The position numbers were made by a program, and so were the translations under genes. This document shows, piece by piece, positions 37,345 through 47,979 of a DNA stretch of 64,000 bases. The notes under the pieces are model-generated. The model worked only from the letters and a program-made list of their open reading frames with translations. It ran no database searches and had not been told where the DNA came from. Position 1 is the stretch's first letter; every line of letters begins with the position of its first letter. The DNA is from an uncultured Bacteroidaceae bacterium (lineage in GTDB: Bacteria; Bacteroidota; Bacteroidia; Bacteroidales; GCA-2748055), in assembly GCA_964426915.1 (NCBI GenBank), contig CAYRTD010000004.1, forward strand, positions 1,490-65,489, in the 5' to 3' direction.

Positions 37345-39471
37345 ATGTCTGTAAAAAAAGACATAATGTGGAGAGTGGGTATTGTTTACCTTTTACTGGT
37401 AACTTTCGGGTTAACGGTTTTAGGAAAGATCGTATGGCTTCAGTTTGCCGAACATGAAATGTGGTCGGTAAATTCCGATACGGCTCCGATTAAAGAAGTG
37501 CCCATAGAAGCAAATCGTGGAGATATTTACAGCTCAGACAATAAGTTGCTTGCTGTATCTGTGCCTTATTACGATATAAGACTTGATCTGACTGTTGATA
37601 GCCTGACCGATGAAGTTTTTTATAATAATCTTGATGCTCTCTCCCGGAAACTCGCTGGACTTTTTCATGATCGTAGCTGGCTGGAGTATAAGAAGTCTCT
37701 TATCAGGGCCAGGAGCGAAAAATCCCAATATTTCCTTATTAAAAGAAATATTACCTACGACCAAATGTTGAAAGCTAAGGAGTTTCCTATTTTCAATAGA
37801 GGAAGGTATAAAGGTGGCATCCGTTTTATTGAAAAAAGTTATCGTGTAAAACCTAATGGTTACCTGGCATCAAGAACCATTGGCTCGACAAACAGAAGTG
37901 AACAGGGAAATATCGTGGGACTGGAAGGGGCTTATGATGATGTTCTGAAAGGAATTGAAGGCCTTAAGCTATATAAAAGACTTAGCGGAAATATCTATGT
38001 TCCTCTTTTCGACAGAAATGAAATCGATCCGGTAGATGGTTTGGATATCGTTTCAACGATAGACCTGAACATTCAGGATGTAGCCGAAAGAGCACTCCAT
38101 AAACAACTTAAACTACATAATGCAAGGCACGGGACTGCAGTGCTCATGGAGGTCAGCACGGGTGATATAAAGGCAATTGCGAATCTGGAAAGGAGGAGTA
38201 CTGGTAACTACTGGGAATCTGTGAATTTCGCTATTGGGGAAAGTGGTGTTCCGGGATCTACTTTTAAAACCGCAAGTCTGATGGTCGCTCTTGAAGATAA
38301 TAAAGTTGATATTACTGATTCTGTTGATATTGGGAAGGGTGTAACCTGGTTCTCAGGGACTAAGGTGGAGGACAGTCAGCATAGCCATACCGGGAAAACA
38401 TCTGTACGGGACATTTTCGAAGTTTCTTCAAATGTAGGCATCACCAAAATTATTTCGGAAAATTATGATGATAATCCTGAGGATTTTATTAAAGGACTCT
38501 ATAAGCTGGGGCTGAACCGAAAACTTGGTGTGGAAATAATGGGAGAGGGAATACCATTTATTAAGAATACCGATCACAGTCAGTGGTCGGGGATCTCACT
38601 CCCCATGATATCAATGGGTTATGAAATTACACTTACCCCTTTACAGATGCTGAGTTTTTATAACGGGATTGCTAATGGGGGTAAAGTTATGAAGCCCAGG
38701 TTTGTTAAAGAGATAAGATACAGAGGGGAGAAAATAAAGGAAATTAATACGGATGTACTTAATCCGAAATTATGCAGTGATGAAACCCTCGGCAGAATCC
38801 ATAAATTATTAATCGGGGTTATTGAGGATGGTACAGCTAATAATCTGAAGAATTTACATTATAAAATTGCAGGTAAAACAGGAACCGCACAAATTCCTGA
38901 TTCGGGAACCGGTTACAGAGTAAAATCGCGGATTAGCTATCAGGCTTCTTTTGTCGGGTATTTCCCGGCAGAAGATCCGAAGTATAGTTGCATTGTGGTT
39001 GTGAATGCCCCTTCAAATGATATTTATTACGGCAATTTGGTTGCAGGACCTGTATTCCGGGAAATTGCCAATAAGGTTTATTCCACCAAGCTGGAGATGC
39101 ATAATCCTGTGAATCATATGAGATCAAAAATTACAGAAGCTCCTTTCTCAAAAAGCGGTGATACGGATGAGTTAATAAAGGTATTAACAGCAATGGAGGT
39201 AGGCGTGATCGATTTCTCCGGTAATTCACCCTGGGTTTCAACTCATTCTATGGGCGACTCGGTAAAGATCATCAACCGATCTGTGTATAAAGGTCTGGTT
39301 CCGAATGTGATAGATATGGGTTTGAAAGATGCTTTGTTTCTTCTGGAATCATACGGCTTGAACGTTAAGGTAAATGGAAGGGGTACGGTTCGTTCACAAT
39401 CTCTTTTACCCGGAAGCCAGATGAGAAAAGGGCAGAACATAAGACTTGAAATGAGCATAAACGATAGTTAA
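37345..39471 (+). CDS. ftsI: penicillin-binding protein (FtsI/PBP3-like transpeptidase with C-terminal PASTA domain)
   Basis: N-terminal TM, SxxK (GSTFK), SSN (SSNVG) and KTG (GKTGTA). The C-terminus VPNVIDMGLKDALFLLESYGLNVKVNGRGTV is PASTA-like. Confidence 0.9.
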   Translation: MSVKKDIMWRVGIVYLLLVTFGLTVLGKIVWLQFAEHEMWSVNSDTAPIKEVPIEANRGDIYSSDNKLLAVSVPYYDIRLDLTVDSLTDEVFYNNLDALSRKLAGLFHDRSWLEYKKSLIRARSEKSQYFLIKRNITYDQMLKAKEFPIFNRGRYKGGIRFIEKSYRVKPNGYLASRTIGSTNRSEQGNIVGLEGAYDDVLKGIEGLKLYKRLSGNIYVPLFDRNEIDPVDGLDIVSTIDLNIQDVAERALHKQLKLHNARHGTAVLMEVSTGDIKAIANLERRSTGNYWESVNFAIGESGVPGSTFKTASLMVALEDNKVDITDSVDIGKGVTWFSGTKVEDSQHSHTGKTSVRDIFEVSSNVGITKIISENYDDNPEDFIKGLYKLGLNRKLGVEIMGEGIPFIKNTDHSQWSGISLPMISMGYEITLTPLQMLSFYNGIANGGKVMKPRFVKEIRYRGEKIKEINTDVLNPKLCSDETLGRIHKLLIGVIEDGTANNLKNLHYKIAGKTGTAQIPDSGTGYRVKSRISYQASFVGYFPAEDPKYSCIVVVNAPSNDIYYGNLVAGPVFREIANKVYSTKLEMHNPVNHMRSKITEAPFSKSGDTDELIKVLTAMEVGVIDFSGNSPWVSTHSMGDSVKIINRSVYKGLVPNVIDMGLKDALFLLESYGLNVKVNGRGTVRSQSLLPGSQMRKGQNIRLEMSINDS

Positions 39472-40925
39472 TGATAACTCTTGATAACATAATCAGATCA
39501 TGTAAAGTCCTGAAAATATCGGGAGAAGGAGAGATATTGCAGGGAAAGATCACCTTTGATTCCAGGAAGGTCGAAAAAGGGGATCTTTTCGTGGCTGTCA
39601 GGGGTACACTTACAGATGGTCATGAATACATAAGGTATGCCATCGATAAAGGAGCGGAATTCATTGTTTGCGAAGAGTTTTCTGAGGAGATCTCAGAGAA
39701 AATAACCATCATTAAAGTCGAAGACAGTAGTAAAGCACTGGGGATTATTGCATCGAATTTTTATGGTAATCCATCCGGAAAGATGAAAGTTATTGGAGTG
39801 ACAGGTACAAACGGAAAGACTACTATTGCCAGTTTGCTTTATGAAGTGAGTACGACGCTTGGATACATGGCCGGTTTATTCTCGACTATTAAGGTGAGGT
39901 TTGGCAGTATGGTACTCCCTGCAAGTCATACCACTCCAGACCCGGTTCGTTTACATTCGGTATTCAGAGAAATGCTTGATCAGGGAATCGAATATGTATT
40001 TATGGAAGTTTCTTCACATGCTATTGATCAAAACCGTATTGCCGGAACAGTTTTTTCAGGAGGGATTTTCACTAACCTTACTCATGATCACCTTGATTAT
40101 CATGGAAATTTCAATAATTATCTGCATGCGAAGAAGAAATTCTTTGATGAACTGCCGTCAACGGCTTTCGCTCTTGTAAACTACGATGACAGGAACGGAA
40201 AGGTGATGATTCAGAATACCCGGGCGCGGGTTTTTAGTTACAGCCTCAGATCATTAGCCGATTTCAGAGCTAAGGTCATAGAATCTCATTTTGAGGGCAC
40301 TCTTCTGTTGGTTAACGGAGAAGAATTATGGACGCAATTACCAGGTAGATTTAATGCTTACAACTGCCTCGCATTGTATGGAGCCGGATTTTTACTGGGA
40401 TTTAGGAAGGAAGAACTGCTATTGTCTATAAGTAAGCAGAGATCTGTTGAGGGAAGATTTGAAATTATCAACTCTGAGAAAGGGATTACTGGTATAGTCG
40501 ATTATGCACATACTCCCGATGCCCTTGAGAATGTATTGAAAACGATAAATGAAATTCGGGAAGGAAAAGGACAACTGATAACGATTGCAGGAGCCGGAGG
40601 AAACCGGGACCGTTCAAAGAGACCAGTGATGGCAAAGATAGCGGCCAGCCTCAGTGACAGGCTTATTCTTACTTCCGATAATCCCCGGAATGAGGACCCC
40701 GCAGACATAATCGCAGATATGATGCAAGATCTCGACCCGGTTTTAAAGAAAAAAGTCATTAGCATAACCATCAGGGAGGAAGCAATAAAAACTGCCTGCA
40801 GTTTTGCCTGTGAAGGGGATATTATTTTGCTGGCAGGTAAAGGCCATGAAACTTATCAGGAGATCAAAGGAATGCGTCATCATTTTGATGACAGGAAAAA
40901 ATTAAGAGAATTTTTAAATACTTAG
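39471..40925 (+). CDS. murE: UDP-N-acetylmuramoyl-L-alanyl-D-glutamate--2,6-diaminopimelate ligase
   Basis: GVTGTNGKTT, the DNPRNEDP motif and the Mur ligase domains. Confidence 0.95.
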   Translation: MITLDNIIRSCKVLKISGEGEILQGKITFDSRKVEKGDLFVAVRGTLTDGHEYIRYAIDKGAEFIVCEEFSEEISEKITIIKVEDSSKALGIIASNFYGNPSGKMKVIGVTGTNGKTTIASLLYEVSTTLGYMAGLFSTIKVRFGSMVLPASHTTPDPVRLHSVFREMLDQGIEYVFMEVSSHAIDQNRIAGTVFSGGIFTNLTHDHLDYHGNFNNYLHAKKKFFDELPSTAFALVNYDDRNGKVMIQNTRARVFSYSLRSLADFRAKVIESHFEGTLLLVNGEELWTQLPGRFNAYNCLALYGAGFLLGFRKEELLLSISKQRSVEGRFEIINSEKGITGIVDYAHTPDALENVLKTINEIREGKGQLITIAGAGGNRDRSKRPVMAKIAASLSDRLILTSDNPRNEDPADIIADMMQDLDPVLKKKVISITIREEAIKTACSFACEGDIILLAGKGHETYQEIKGMRHHFDDRKKLREFLNT

Positions 40926-40928
40926 ACA

Positions 40929-42170
40929 ATGCTGTACCATTTGTTTGAATACTTTGAAAGTATGGATGTTCCGGGAGCCGGGGTTTTCCAGTATATTTCC
41001 TTTCGGGCGGCCATTTCTGTGATCACATCGCTGGTCATTTCACTGATATTTGGTAAAGGCATTATAAAGTTGCTGCGCCAGCGGCAGATAGGAGAAACAG
41101 TGAGAGATCTGGGACTGGAAGGGCAAATGGCAAAACAGGGCACTCCAACCATGGGAGGGCTGATCATTCTGGCTTCAATCTTTGTGCCCACATTGCTCTT
41201 TGGAGATCTAACAAATATTTATATACAGCTCATGCTGGTATCCACTATGTGGCTGGGACTTATTGGTTTTCTGGACGATTATATAAAGGTATACAGGAAA
41301 AATAAAAAAGGATTAAGAGGTAAATTTAAAATTCTCGGTCAGGTAGGTCTCGGTCTCATTGTAGGACTGACGCTGTATTTTAGTGATGAGGTGATTATAA
41401 GAGAAAGGCAGGCGATTTCGTCCGAAGCAGCCGCCACAACCGAAAATGTGGTCGAACAGGATGGTAAATATTATCAAATACGAGATTACAAATCTACCCT
41501 TACCACTATACCTTTTCTTAAGGATAATGAATTTAATTATGCCTGGCTGGTTTGGTTTATGGGAGAAAAAGCATCCAAATATTCATGGCTGGCCTTTGTT
41601 CTTGTTGTAATTATCATTGTTACAGCCGTGTCAAACGGCGCTAATATCACCGACGGGCTGGACGGACTTGCCACCGGATCGGCTGCAATAATCGGGGTTA
41701 CATTAGGTATACTGGCCTATGTGTCGGGTAATACAATTATAGCCAATTACCTTAATATTATGTATATCCCTAGAATTGGTGAGACAGTGATCTTTGCCAG
41801 TGCCTTTATTGGAGCAACAGTAGGATTTTTATGGTATAATTCTTACCCCGCCCAGGTTTTCATGGGTGATACCGGAAGTTTGTCCATAGGCGGCATCATC
41901 GCAGTATTCGCTATTATCGCCAGAAAGGAATTACTCATTCCAATATTATGCGGTGTGTTTTTGGTGGAAAGCCTGTCGGTAATGATTCAGGTGAGCTGGT
42001 TCAAGTATACAAGGAAAAAATATGGCGAAGGGAGAAGAGTATACAGGATGGCTCCTCTTCATCATCATTATCAGAAATTGGGCTATCCGGAACCAAAGAT
42101 TGTTACGCGGTTCTGGATTATCGGCATAATGCTGGCTATAATTTCTGTGGTAACATTAAAAATTAGATAA
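40929..42170 (+). CDS. mraY: phospho-N-acetylmuramoyl-pentapeptide transferase
   Basis: Kx[37 protein letters not shown]. Confidence 0.95.
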   Translation: MLYHLFEYFESMDVPGAGVFQYISFRAAISVITSLVISLIFGKGIIKLLRQRQIGETVRDLGLEGQMAKQGTPTMGGLIILASIFVPTLLFGDLTNIYIQLMLVSTMWLGLIGFLDDYIKVYRKNKKGLRGKFKILGQVGLGLIVGLTLYFSDEVIIRERQAISSEAAATTENVVEQDGKYYQIRDYKSTLTTIPFLKDNEFNYAWLVWFMGEKASKYSWLAFVLVVIIIVTAVSNGANITDGLDGLATGSAAIIGVTLGILAYVSGNTIIANYLNIMYIPRIGETVIFASAFIGATVGFLWYNSYPAQVFMGDTGSLSIGGIIAVFAIIARKELLIPILCGVFLVESLSVMIQVSWFKYTRKKYGEGRRVYRMAPLHHHYQKLGYPEPKIVTRFWIIGIMLAIISVVTLKIR

Positions 42171-42190
42171 TCTTAAAACCAATTGTTCTG

Positions 42191-43537
42191 ATGGAAGAAA
42201 CTAAGAGGATTGTAATAATAGGGGCAGGAGAAAGCGGTACAGGTTCAGCTATACTCGCTCAAAAAGAGGGTTTTGATGTGTTTGTTTCCGACCATGGTAA
42301 AATTAAACCAAGGTATAAGGAACTTCTGGAGAACTATGATATCCCCTATGAAGAGAATAAGCATACGGAGAGATATATCCTGAATGCGAATGAAGTTATT
42401 AAAAGTCCTGGAATTCCTGAAAGTAATTCCTTAATTCAACAGATCAGGAAAAAGAAAATTCGCATTATCTCAGAGATAGAATTTGCCGCCCGTTATACCG
42501 CTGCAAGAAAGATTTGTATAACAGGAAGTAACGGAAAAACCACAACTACATCACTTATTCATCATATGATGCGCAAAGGCGGGCTGAATGCGGGTATTGC
42601 TGGAAATGTGGGCAGAAGTTTCGCATATCAGGTTGCGACTGAAGACTACGATTATTATGTGCTGGAGATCTCCAGTTTCCAGCTTGACGGAATGTATGAA
42701 TTCAAAGCCGACATTGCCATTCTTCTGAATATAACGCCCGATCATCTTGACCGGTATAATTATGATCTTCAAAATTATGTGGATTCAAAATTCCGTATTA
42801 CCCAAAATCTTACGGAAGACCAGTATTTCGTTTTTTGTTCCGATGATGAGATAACCATCAAGGAATTGGAGAATATTGTACTGAAGGCCCGTCAGCTTCC
42901 ATACGCCTATAGGAAAAAAGAAGACGAAGTGGCATGGATTGATCATCAGGATCTTATGAAGATAGAATTTGACGATGTTGATTTTTCAATGTCGGTTAAT
43001 GAATTGTCTCTTCGCGGAAGGCATAATACTTATAACAGCATGGCCGCAGGTATTGCCGGTAATGTATTAAAAATCAGGAAGGATGTGATTCGCGAGGCAC
43101 TGATGGATTTTCAGGGTGTTGAACACAGGCTTGAACCTGTTATTAAAGTCCATGGAATTGAATTCATTAATGATTCCAAGGCTACCAATGTGAATTCAAC
43201 ATGGTATGCATTGGAAAGTCAGGTTAATAAAATTGTTTGGATCGCAGGAGGTGTGGATAAAGGAAATGATTATAACTCCCTGAAAAGTCTTGTGGAGGAG
43301 AAAGTCATTGCCCTGGTTTGCCTCGGTAAAGATAATAGTAAACTGAAAAAAGAATTCGGAGAAATAGTAGAGTCCATTGTAGAAACAGATAATATGAGAG
43401 ATGCCGTAAGAAAAGCCTATAAGCTGGGTAAAAAGGGTGATACTGTTCTGTTATCACCTGCCTGTGCCAGCTTTGACCTTTTTGAGAATTTTGAAGAAAG
43501 AGGCAGGCTTTTCAAAAAAGCAGTAAGGGAACTTTAG
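42191..43537 (+). CDS. murD: UDP-N-acetylmuramoylalanine--D-glutamate ligase
   Basis: IIGAGESGTG, ITGSNGKTTT, and its dcw position. Confidence 0.95.
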   Translation: MEETKRIVIIGAGESGTGSAILAQKEGFDVFVSDHGKIKPRYKELLENYDIPYEENKHTERYILNANEVIKSPGIPESNSLIQQIRKKKIRIISEIEFAARYTAARKICITGSNGKTTTTSLIHHMMRKGGLNAGIAGNVGRSFAYQVATEDYDYYVLEISSFQLDGMYEFKADIAILLNITPDHLDRYNYDLQNYVDSKFRITQNLTEDQYFVFCSDDEITIKELENIVLKARQLPYAYRKKEDEVAWIDHQDLMKIEFDDVDFSMSVNELSLRGRHNTYNSMAAGIAGNVLKIRKDVIREALMDFQGVEHRLEPVIKVHGIEFINDSKATNVNSTWYALESQVNKIVWIAGGVDKGNDYNSLKSLVEEKVIALVCLGKDNSKLKKEFGEIVESIVETDNMRDAVRKAYKLGKKGDTVLLSPACASFDLFENFEERGRLFKKAVREL

Positions 43538-43560
43538 TAGGAAGGAACAAAACGGAAATA

Positions 43561-44727
43561 ATGAGAATAGCTGATTACATACGTGGAGACAGGGTTATCT
43601 GGATGGTAATTATTTTACTTTCGGTAATATCCCTGATTGCAGTATATAGCTCCTCTCAATCCCTTGCATTTAGAGGAGGAGATAACCGGACGGTATATTT
43701 GCTGTTAAAGCAGCTGTTTATCCTCCTGTTTGGTGTTTTTACCATCGTTATAACCCACCTGGTTCCTTACAGGATTTTTTCTCGCCTATCGCAATTATTA
43801 CTTTTTATAGTCACTCCTTTGCTTATTTTCACCCTCATTCTGGGAAGAGGAAATGCAGAAGCCAACAGATGGCTGGAAATGCCGGGTGGTTTTACCTTTC
43901 AGACTTCCGACATGGCCAAGATCATTCTGGTGATATTTGTGGCCAGGGTACTTTCCCTGAATCAGGGGAAACTGAAAAAAATAAAAGCTGCCTATCTGCC
44001 GATAATTATTGCCACAGGATTTATTTGCGGATTAATTCTGCCGGCTAATCTCTCTACGGCTGCACTGCTTTTTATGTCCGTGTTTATACTTATGTTCATC
44101 GGTAGAATGCCTGTTAAATTCATGTTGCTGACTATTGGTGGTGCTGTTTTGCTCTTTGCTGTTTACCTTCTGGTTGTAAGGGCTTTCGATCTTCAGAGCC
44201 GGCAGGGTACATGGAAAAGCCGGATTGAAAGTTTCAGTAAAGGTCCTGATGAAGGAGTAAACAATTACCAGGTTAACAGGGCTAAAGTAGCCATCGTTAA
44301 TGGTGGGATTCTGGGAAAAGGACCGGGGAACAGCGTTCAGAAAGAAAAACTTCCACAGGCGAATTCCGATTTTATATATGCCATAATAATAGAGGAATAC
44401 GGTTTACTTGGAGGGATCGTGGTGATGTTTCTTTATCTATGGCTGTTGTTCCGAACTGCCCTGATCGTGAAAAAAAGTAACCGGACATTTCCGGCCTTTG
44501 CTGCAATTGGTTTGGTTTTACTTATTGTTTCACAGGCCATATTGAACATGGCAGTGGCTGTGAATCTTGTGCCGGTTACCGGTCAGACTCTTCCCTATAT
44601 AAGCAGTGGGGGATCCTCTGTTCTCTTTACCAGTATAGCTCTTGGTGTTATCCTTAGCATTAGCTGGGGCATTGAAGAAGATCTGAATAAAACAAAAAAA
44701 GTAATTAAGACTGATGAACAGATCTAG
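43561..44727 (+). CDS. ftsW: FtsW/RodA/SpoVE family peptidoglycan glycosyltransferase
   Basis: About 10 TM helices, QPSE-like region (FQTSDMAKI), PQANSDFIYAIIIEEYG. It sits between murD and murG. Confidence 0.9.
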   Translation: MRIADYIRGDRVIWMVIILLSVISLIAVYSSSQSLAFRGGDNRTVYLLLKQLFILLFGVFTIVITHLVPYRIFSRLSQLLLFIVTPLLIFTLILGRGNAEANRWLEMPGGFTFQTSDMAKIILVIFVARVLSLNQGKLKKIKAAYLPIIIATGFICGLILPANLSTAALLFMSVFILMFIGRMPVKFMLLTIGGAVLLFAVYLLVVRAFDLQSRQGTWKSRIESFSKGPDEGVNNYQVNRAKVAIVNGGILGKGPGNSVQKEKLPQANSDFIYAIIIEEYGLLGGIVVMFLYLWLLFRTALIVKKSNRTFPAFAAIGLVLLIVSQAILNMAVAVNLVPVTGQTLPYISSGGSSVLFTSIALGVILSISWGIEEDLNKTKKVIKTDEQI

Positions 44728-45811
44728 GAGGATAATAATAGGTGGAGGAGGTACGGGAGGACACGTCTTTCCGGCGATTTCTATTGCGCAGGCTCTGAAA
44801 AAAATGGATCCTGCTGTGGAAATTCTTTTCGTGGGAGCAGAGAATAAACTGGAAATGGAAAAAGTGCCTGAAGCCGGCTTTAAAATAATAGGTTTGCCTG
44901 TTGCCGGATTTCAAAGAAGCTTGAGCATGAAGAATGTATCATTCTTTTATAAGCTTTGGAGATCCATGCGTAAATCCGTTTCTATTGTAAATAATTTCCG
45001 TCCCGATATAGCTATTGGTGTTGGTGGATATGCAAGCGGGCCGATTTTAAGAGCTGCTGCACGCCGGAACATCCCGGTTGCCATACAGGAGCAGAATTCT
45101 TATGCAGGAGTAACCAACAGGATACTTGCCAAAAAGGCACAGAAAATCTTTGTGGCTTATGAAGGAATGGAAAAATACTTTCCGCCTGAAAAGATTATTC
45201 TGACCGGAAATCCTGTCCGTAAGGACATTATTGATAAACCGGAAAAGAAGCAGGAAGCCGTAAACTTTTTTGAGCTGGATGCTGATAAACCGGTGGTACT
45301 TGTAATTGGGGGGAGTCTTGGAGCAGGAACAATAAATAAGAGTATTCTGAAAGGACTGAAACTCTTTGGTGCGGATATTCAGCTCATCTGGCAGACAGGG
45401 TCGCATTATTACGACAATATCCTGTCAGCAACCGCTGAGGCTACTAAAAAAAATATTAAGATTCTGCCTTTTATTAAAAATATGGAATATGCATATGCCT
45501 TAGCCGATGTAATAATTTCAAGGGCCGGGGCAGGCACGATCTCCGAACTCGCCCTGGTGGGAAAACCTGTGATCCTTGTTCCCTCACCCAATGTTGCGGA
45601 AGATCATCAGACAAAAAATGCCATGGCACTTGTTGCAAAGGATGCCGCATTGCATATTGCAGACAGGGAGGCTGAAAGCAAACTGGTAACATCATGTTTG
45701 AATCTACTGGAGGATAAGAATAAGAGAAAACTGCTTTCTGAAAATTTACGATCAATGGCCCTTCCCGATGCAGCAGATAGAATAGCGGATGAAATTATGA
45801 AAATGACATGA
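44714..45811 (+). CDS. murG: undecaprenyldiphospho-muramoylpentapeptide beta-N-acetylglucosaminyltransferase
   Basis: GGGTGGHVFPAISIA, RAGAGTISELA, and the position in the cluster. Confidence 0.95.
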   Translation: MNRSRRIIIGGGGTGGHVFPAISIAQALKKMDPAVEILFVGAENKLEMEKVPEAGFKIIGLPVAGFQRSLSMKNVSFFYKLWRSMRKSVSIVNNFRPDIAIGVGGYASGPILRAAARRNIPVAIQEQNSYAGVTNRILAKKAQKIFVAYEGMEKYFPPEKIILTGNPVRKDIIDKPEKKQEAVNFFELDADKPVVLVIGGSLGAGTINKSILKGLKLFGADIQLIWQTGSHYYDNILSATAEATKKNIKILPFIKNMEYAYALADVIISRAGAGTISELALVGKPVILVPSPNVAEDHQTKNAMALVAKDAALHIADREAESKLVTSCLNLLEDKNKRKLLSENLRSMALPDAADRIADEIMKMT

Positions 45812-47193
45812 CGGTTTTTGATAACATACAACGGGTATATTTCCTTGGAATAGGGGGAATTGGGATGAGCGCAATAGCCAGGTATCTCAATTCATCCGGT
45901 TTTGAGGTTGCGGGCTACGACAGGGTTCCCACCCCACTTACCGATACTCTTTCCCATGAAGGCATAAAGATCTTTTTTTCGGATGAAGAAAAACTCATAC
46001 CGGATGAGTTCAAAGAAAAAAATAATGTTCTGGTTGTATACACTCCAGCCATACCCCACGATCATCCGCTTTTTGAATTTTTCAAAGAGAAAGGATTCAG
46101 GATAATTAAACGGGCAGAGGCTTTAGGGATGATCCTGAAAACCGGAAAGGGGATAGCCGTTGCCGGTACTCACGGAAAAACGACTGTTTCATCTATTATT
46201 GCCCATTTGCTTAACAAGTCGGATCTGAAATGTAACGCTTTCCTGGGGGGGATAAGTAATAATTTGAAATCCAATATATTAATAAATGATCAGGCGAAGT
46301 ACTCTGTGGCAGAAGCCGATGAGTTTGACCATTCTTTTCTTCATTTGTTCCCTTATCTTGCTGTGATCACATCTATTGATGCCGATCATCTGGACATCTA
46401 TGGAAATTACGAAAACCTGAAATCAGCCTTTCAGAAATTTGTTTCTCAGATAAATGACAATGGTATTCTGATTTACAAAGAAGGTTTGACCCTGATCGTT
46501 CCGGAGGGAATAAAAGCACTGACCTATAGTCTGAATTCTGAAAAAGCTGATTTTCACCCTTTAAATGAAGAAAGGTCGGGTTTTCGCTATACCTTCACTC
46601 TTAAGACCCCGGCAGGAAAGATTGATTCACTGAAACTTAATGTTTACGGCAGGGTGAACCTGGAAAATGCTATTGCAGCGTCTGCCGTAGCATATACGCT
46701 AGGGGTCAGTGAAAGGGAAATAAGACTTGCACTTGCTTCTTATACAGGTGTCTGGAGAAGGTTTGATGTAAGAATCGAAGAAAAAAACAGGATGTATATA
46801 GACGATTATGCTCATCATCCGGAGGAGCTGAGAGTGTTTATTGCCTCTGTACTGGAAGCCCTGCCGGGAAAGAGAATCACAGGCATATTCCAACCTCATC
46901 TGTATACCAGGACTCGCGACTTTGCCGAAGGATTTGCAAACAGTTTATCAGCTTTGGATGATGTGATTATTATGGATATCTATCCGGCCAGGGAAGATCC
47001 TGTTCCGGGCATAACTTCCCGGATTATTTTTGAGAAACTGGATAACGCTGGTGAGCGGATACTTACATCAAAAGATAAATTACTGAAAGTTATTAAAAAG
47101 CTGGATCCTGAAGTATTACTAACTATGGGGGCGGGAGATATCGATCAGATGGTTGATCCAATAGAGAAACTTATTAAGGAATTGAATGGATGA
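45808..47193 (+). CDS. murC: UDP-N-acetylmuramate--L-alanine ligase
   Basis: GIGGIGMSAIA, AGTHGKTT, DDYAHHP. Confidence 0.95.
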   Translation: MTVFDNIQRVYFLGIGGIGMSAIARYLNSSGFEVAGYDRVPTPLTDTLSHEGIKIFFSDEEKLIPDEFKEKNNVLVVYTPAIPHDHPLFEFFKEKGFRIIKRAEALGMILKTGKGIAVAGTHGKTTVSSIIAHLLNKSDLKCNAFLGGISNNLKSNILINDQAKYSVAEADEFDHSFLHLFPYLAVITSIDADHLDIYGNYENLKSAFQKFVSQINDNGILIYKEGLTLIVPEGIKALTYSLNSEKADFHPLNEERSGFRYTFTLKTPAGKIDSLKLNVYGRVNLENAIAASAVAYTLGVSEREIRLALASYTGVWRRFDVRIEEKNRMYIDDYAHHPEELRVFIASVLEALPGKRITGIFQPHLYTRTRDFAEGFANSLSALDDVIIMDIYPAREDPVPGITSRIIFEKLDNAGERILTSKDKLLKVIKKLDPEVLLTMGAGDIDQMVDPIEKLIKELNG

Positions 47194-47975
47194 GAAAGCT
47201 AATGTTCATATTATTTAATCTTCTTTTAGTGGCATATATGATTTTTGCCCTGAGTTTTGCCAACCTGAGGGTCAACACAACATTATGCACGGAAGTCAAG
47301 ATAACTATGATAGATACTCTGAACGCAGGATTTCTTACGAAGCGGGATATTGAAAAGCTATTGCTCTCCGGGAATAGTGAGATTTTAGGATATCCTGTTG
47401 GAGCGATAAATATTAGAAGGCTGGAGGAAAAGCTTTTGGATCTTGCTTATGTAAAGGATGCTCAGGTTTACAAAAATATGGAGGGAATCCTGAAAGTGGA
47501 TATAACCCAGCGCAAGCCTGTTGTCAGGATCATTACTCCCTCACAAGCTACTTATTACCTTGACGATGAAGGATACCTTTTTCCTCCTGTCTCAGGTTTT
47601 ACACCTCATGTATTAGTAGCAAACGGGTATTTCACTGAAGGAAGCGAACTGAAGGGGGTAAGAAGTCTGGAGGAACTTAAGGGTAACAAAAAATATGACG
47701 AATGGAATGAAACCTTGAAACTTACGGGGTATTTACAGGAAAGCAGTTTCTGGCGGTCTCAGATTGTCCAGATCTATCGGAACAGCATGGGAGATTTTGA
47801 ATTAATACCCAGGGTGGGGGCGCATCAGATCATTTTTGGTGATACGGAAGATATGGAAATCAAATTTAAAAAACTGAAAACCCTGTATGAAGAAGGCTTA
47901 AAATATGAAGGATGGAATAGGTATGAAAAGATCAATTTAAAATATAATAATCAAGTAATCTGTACAAAACGATAA
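47190..47975 (+). CDS. ftsQ: cell division protein FtsQ-like (POTRA)
   Basis: N-terminal TM, a POTRA-like region, and its position between murC and ftsA. Confidence 0.75.
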   Translation: MRKLMFILFNLLLVAYMIFALSFANLRVNTTLCTEVKITMIDTLNAGFLTKRDIEKLLLSGNSEILGYPVGAINIRRLEEKLLDLAYVKDAQVYKNMEGILKVDITQRKPVVRIITPSQATYYLDDEGYLFPPVSGFTPHVLVANGYFTEGSELKGVRSLEELKGNKKYDEWNETLKLTGYLQESSFWRSQIVQIYRNSMGDFELIPRVGAHQIIFGDTEDMEIKFKKLKTLYEEGLKYEGWNRYEKINLKYNNQVICTKR

Positions 47976-47979
47976 CACT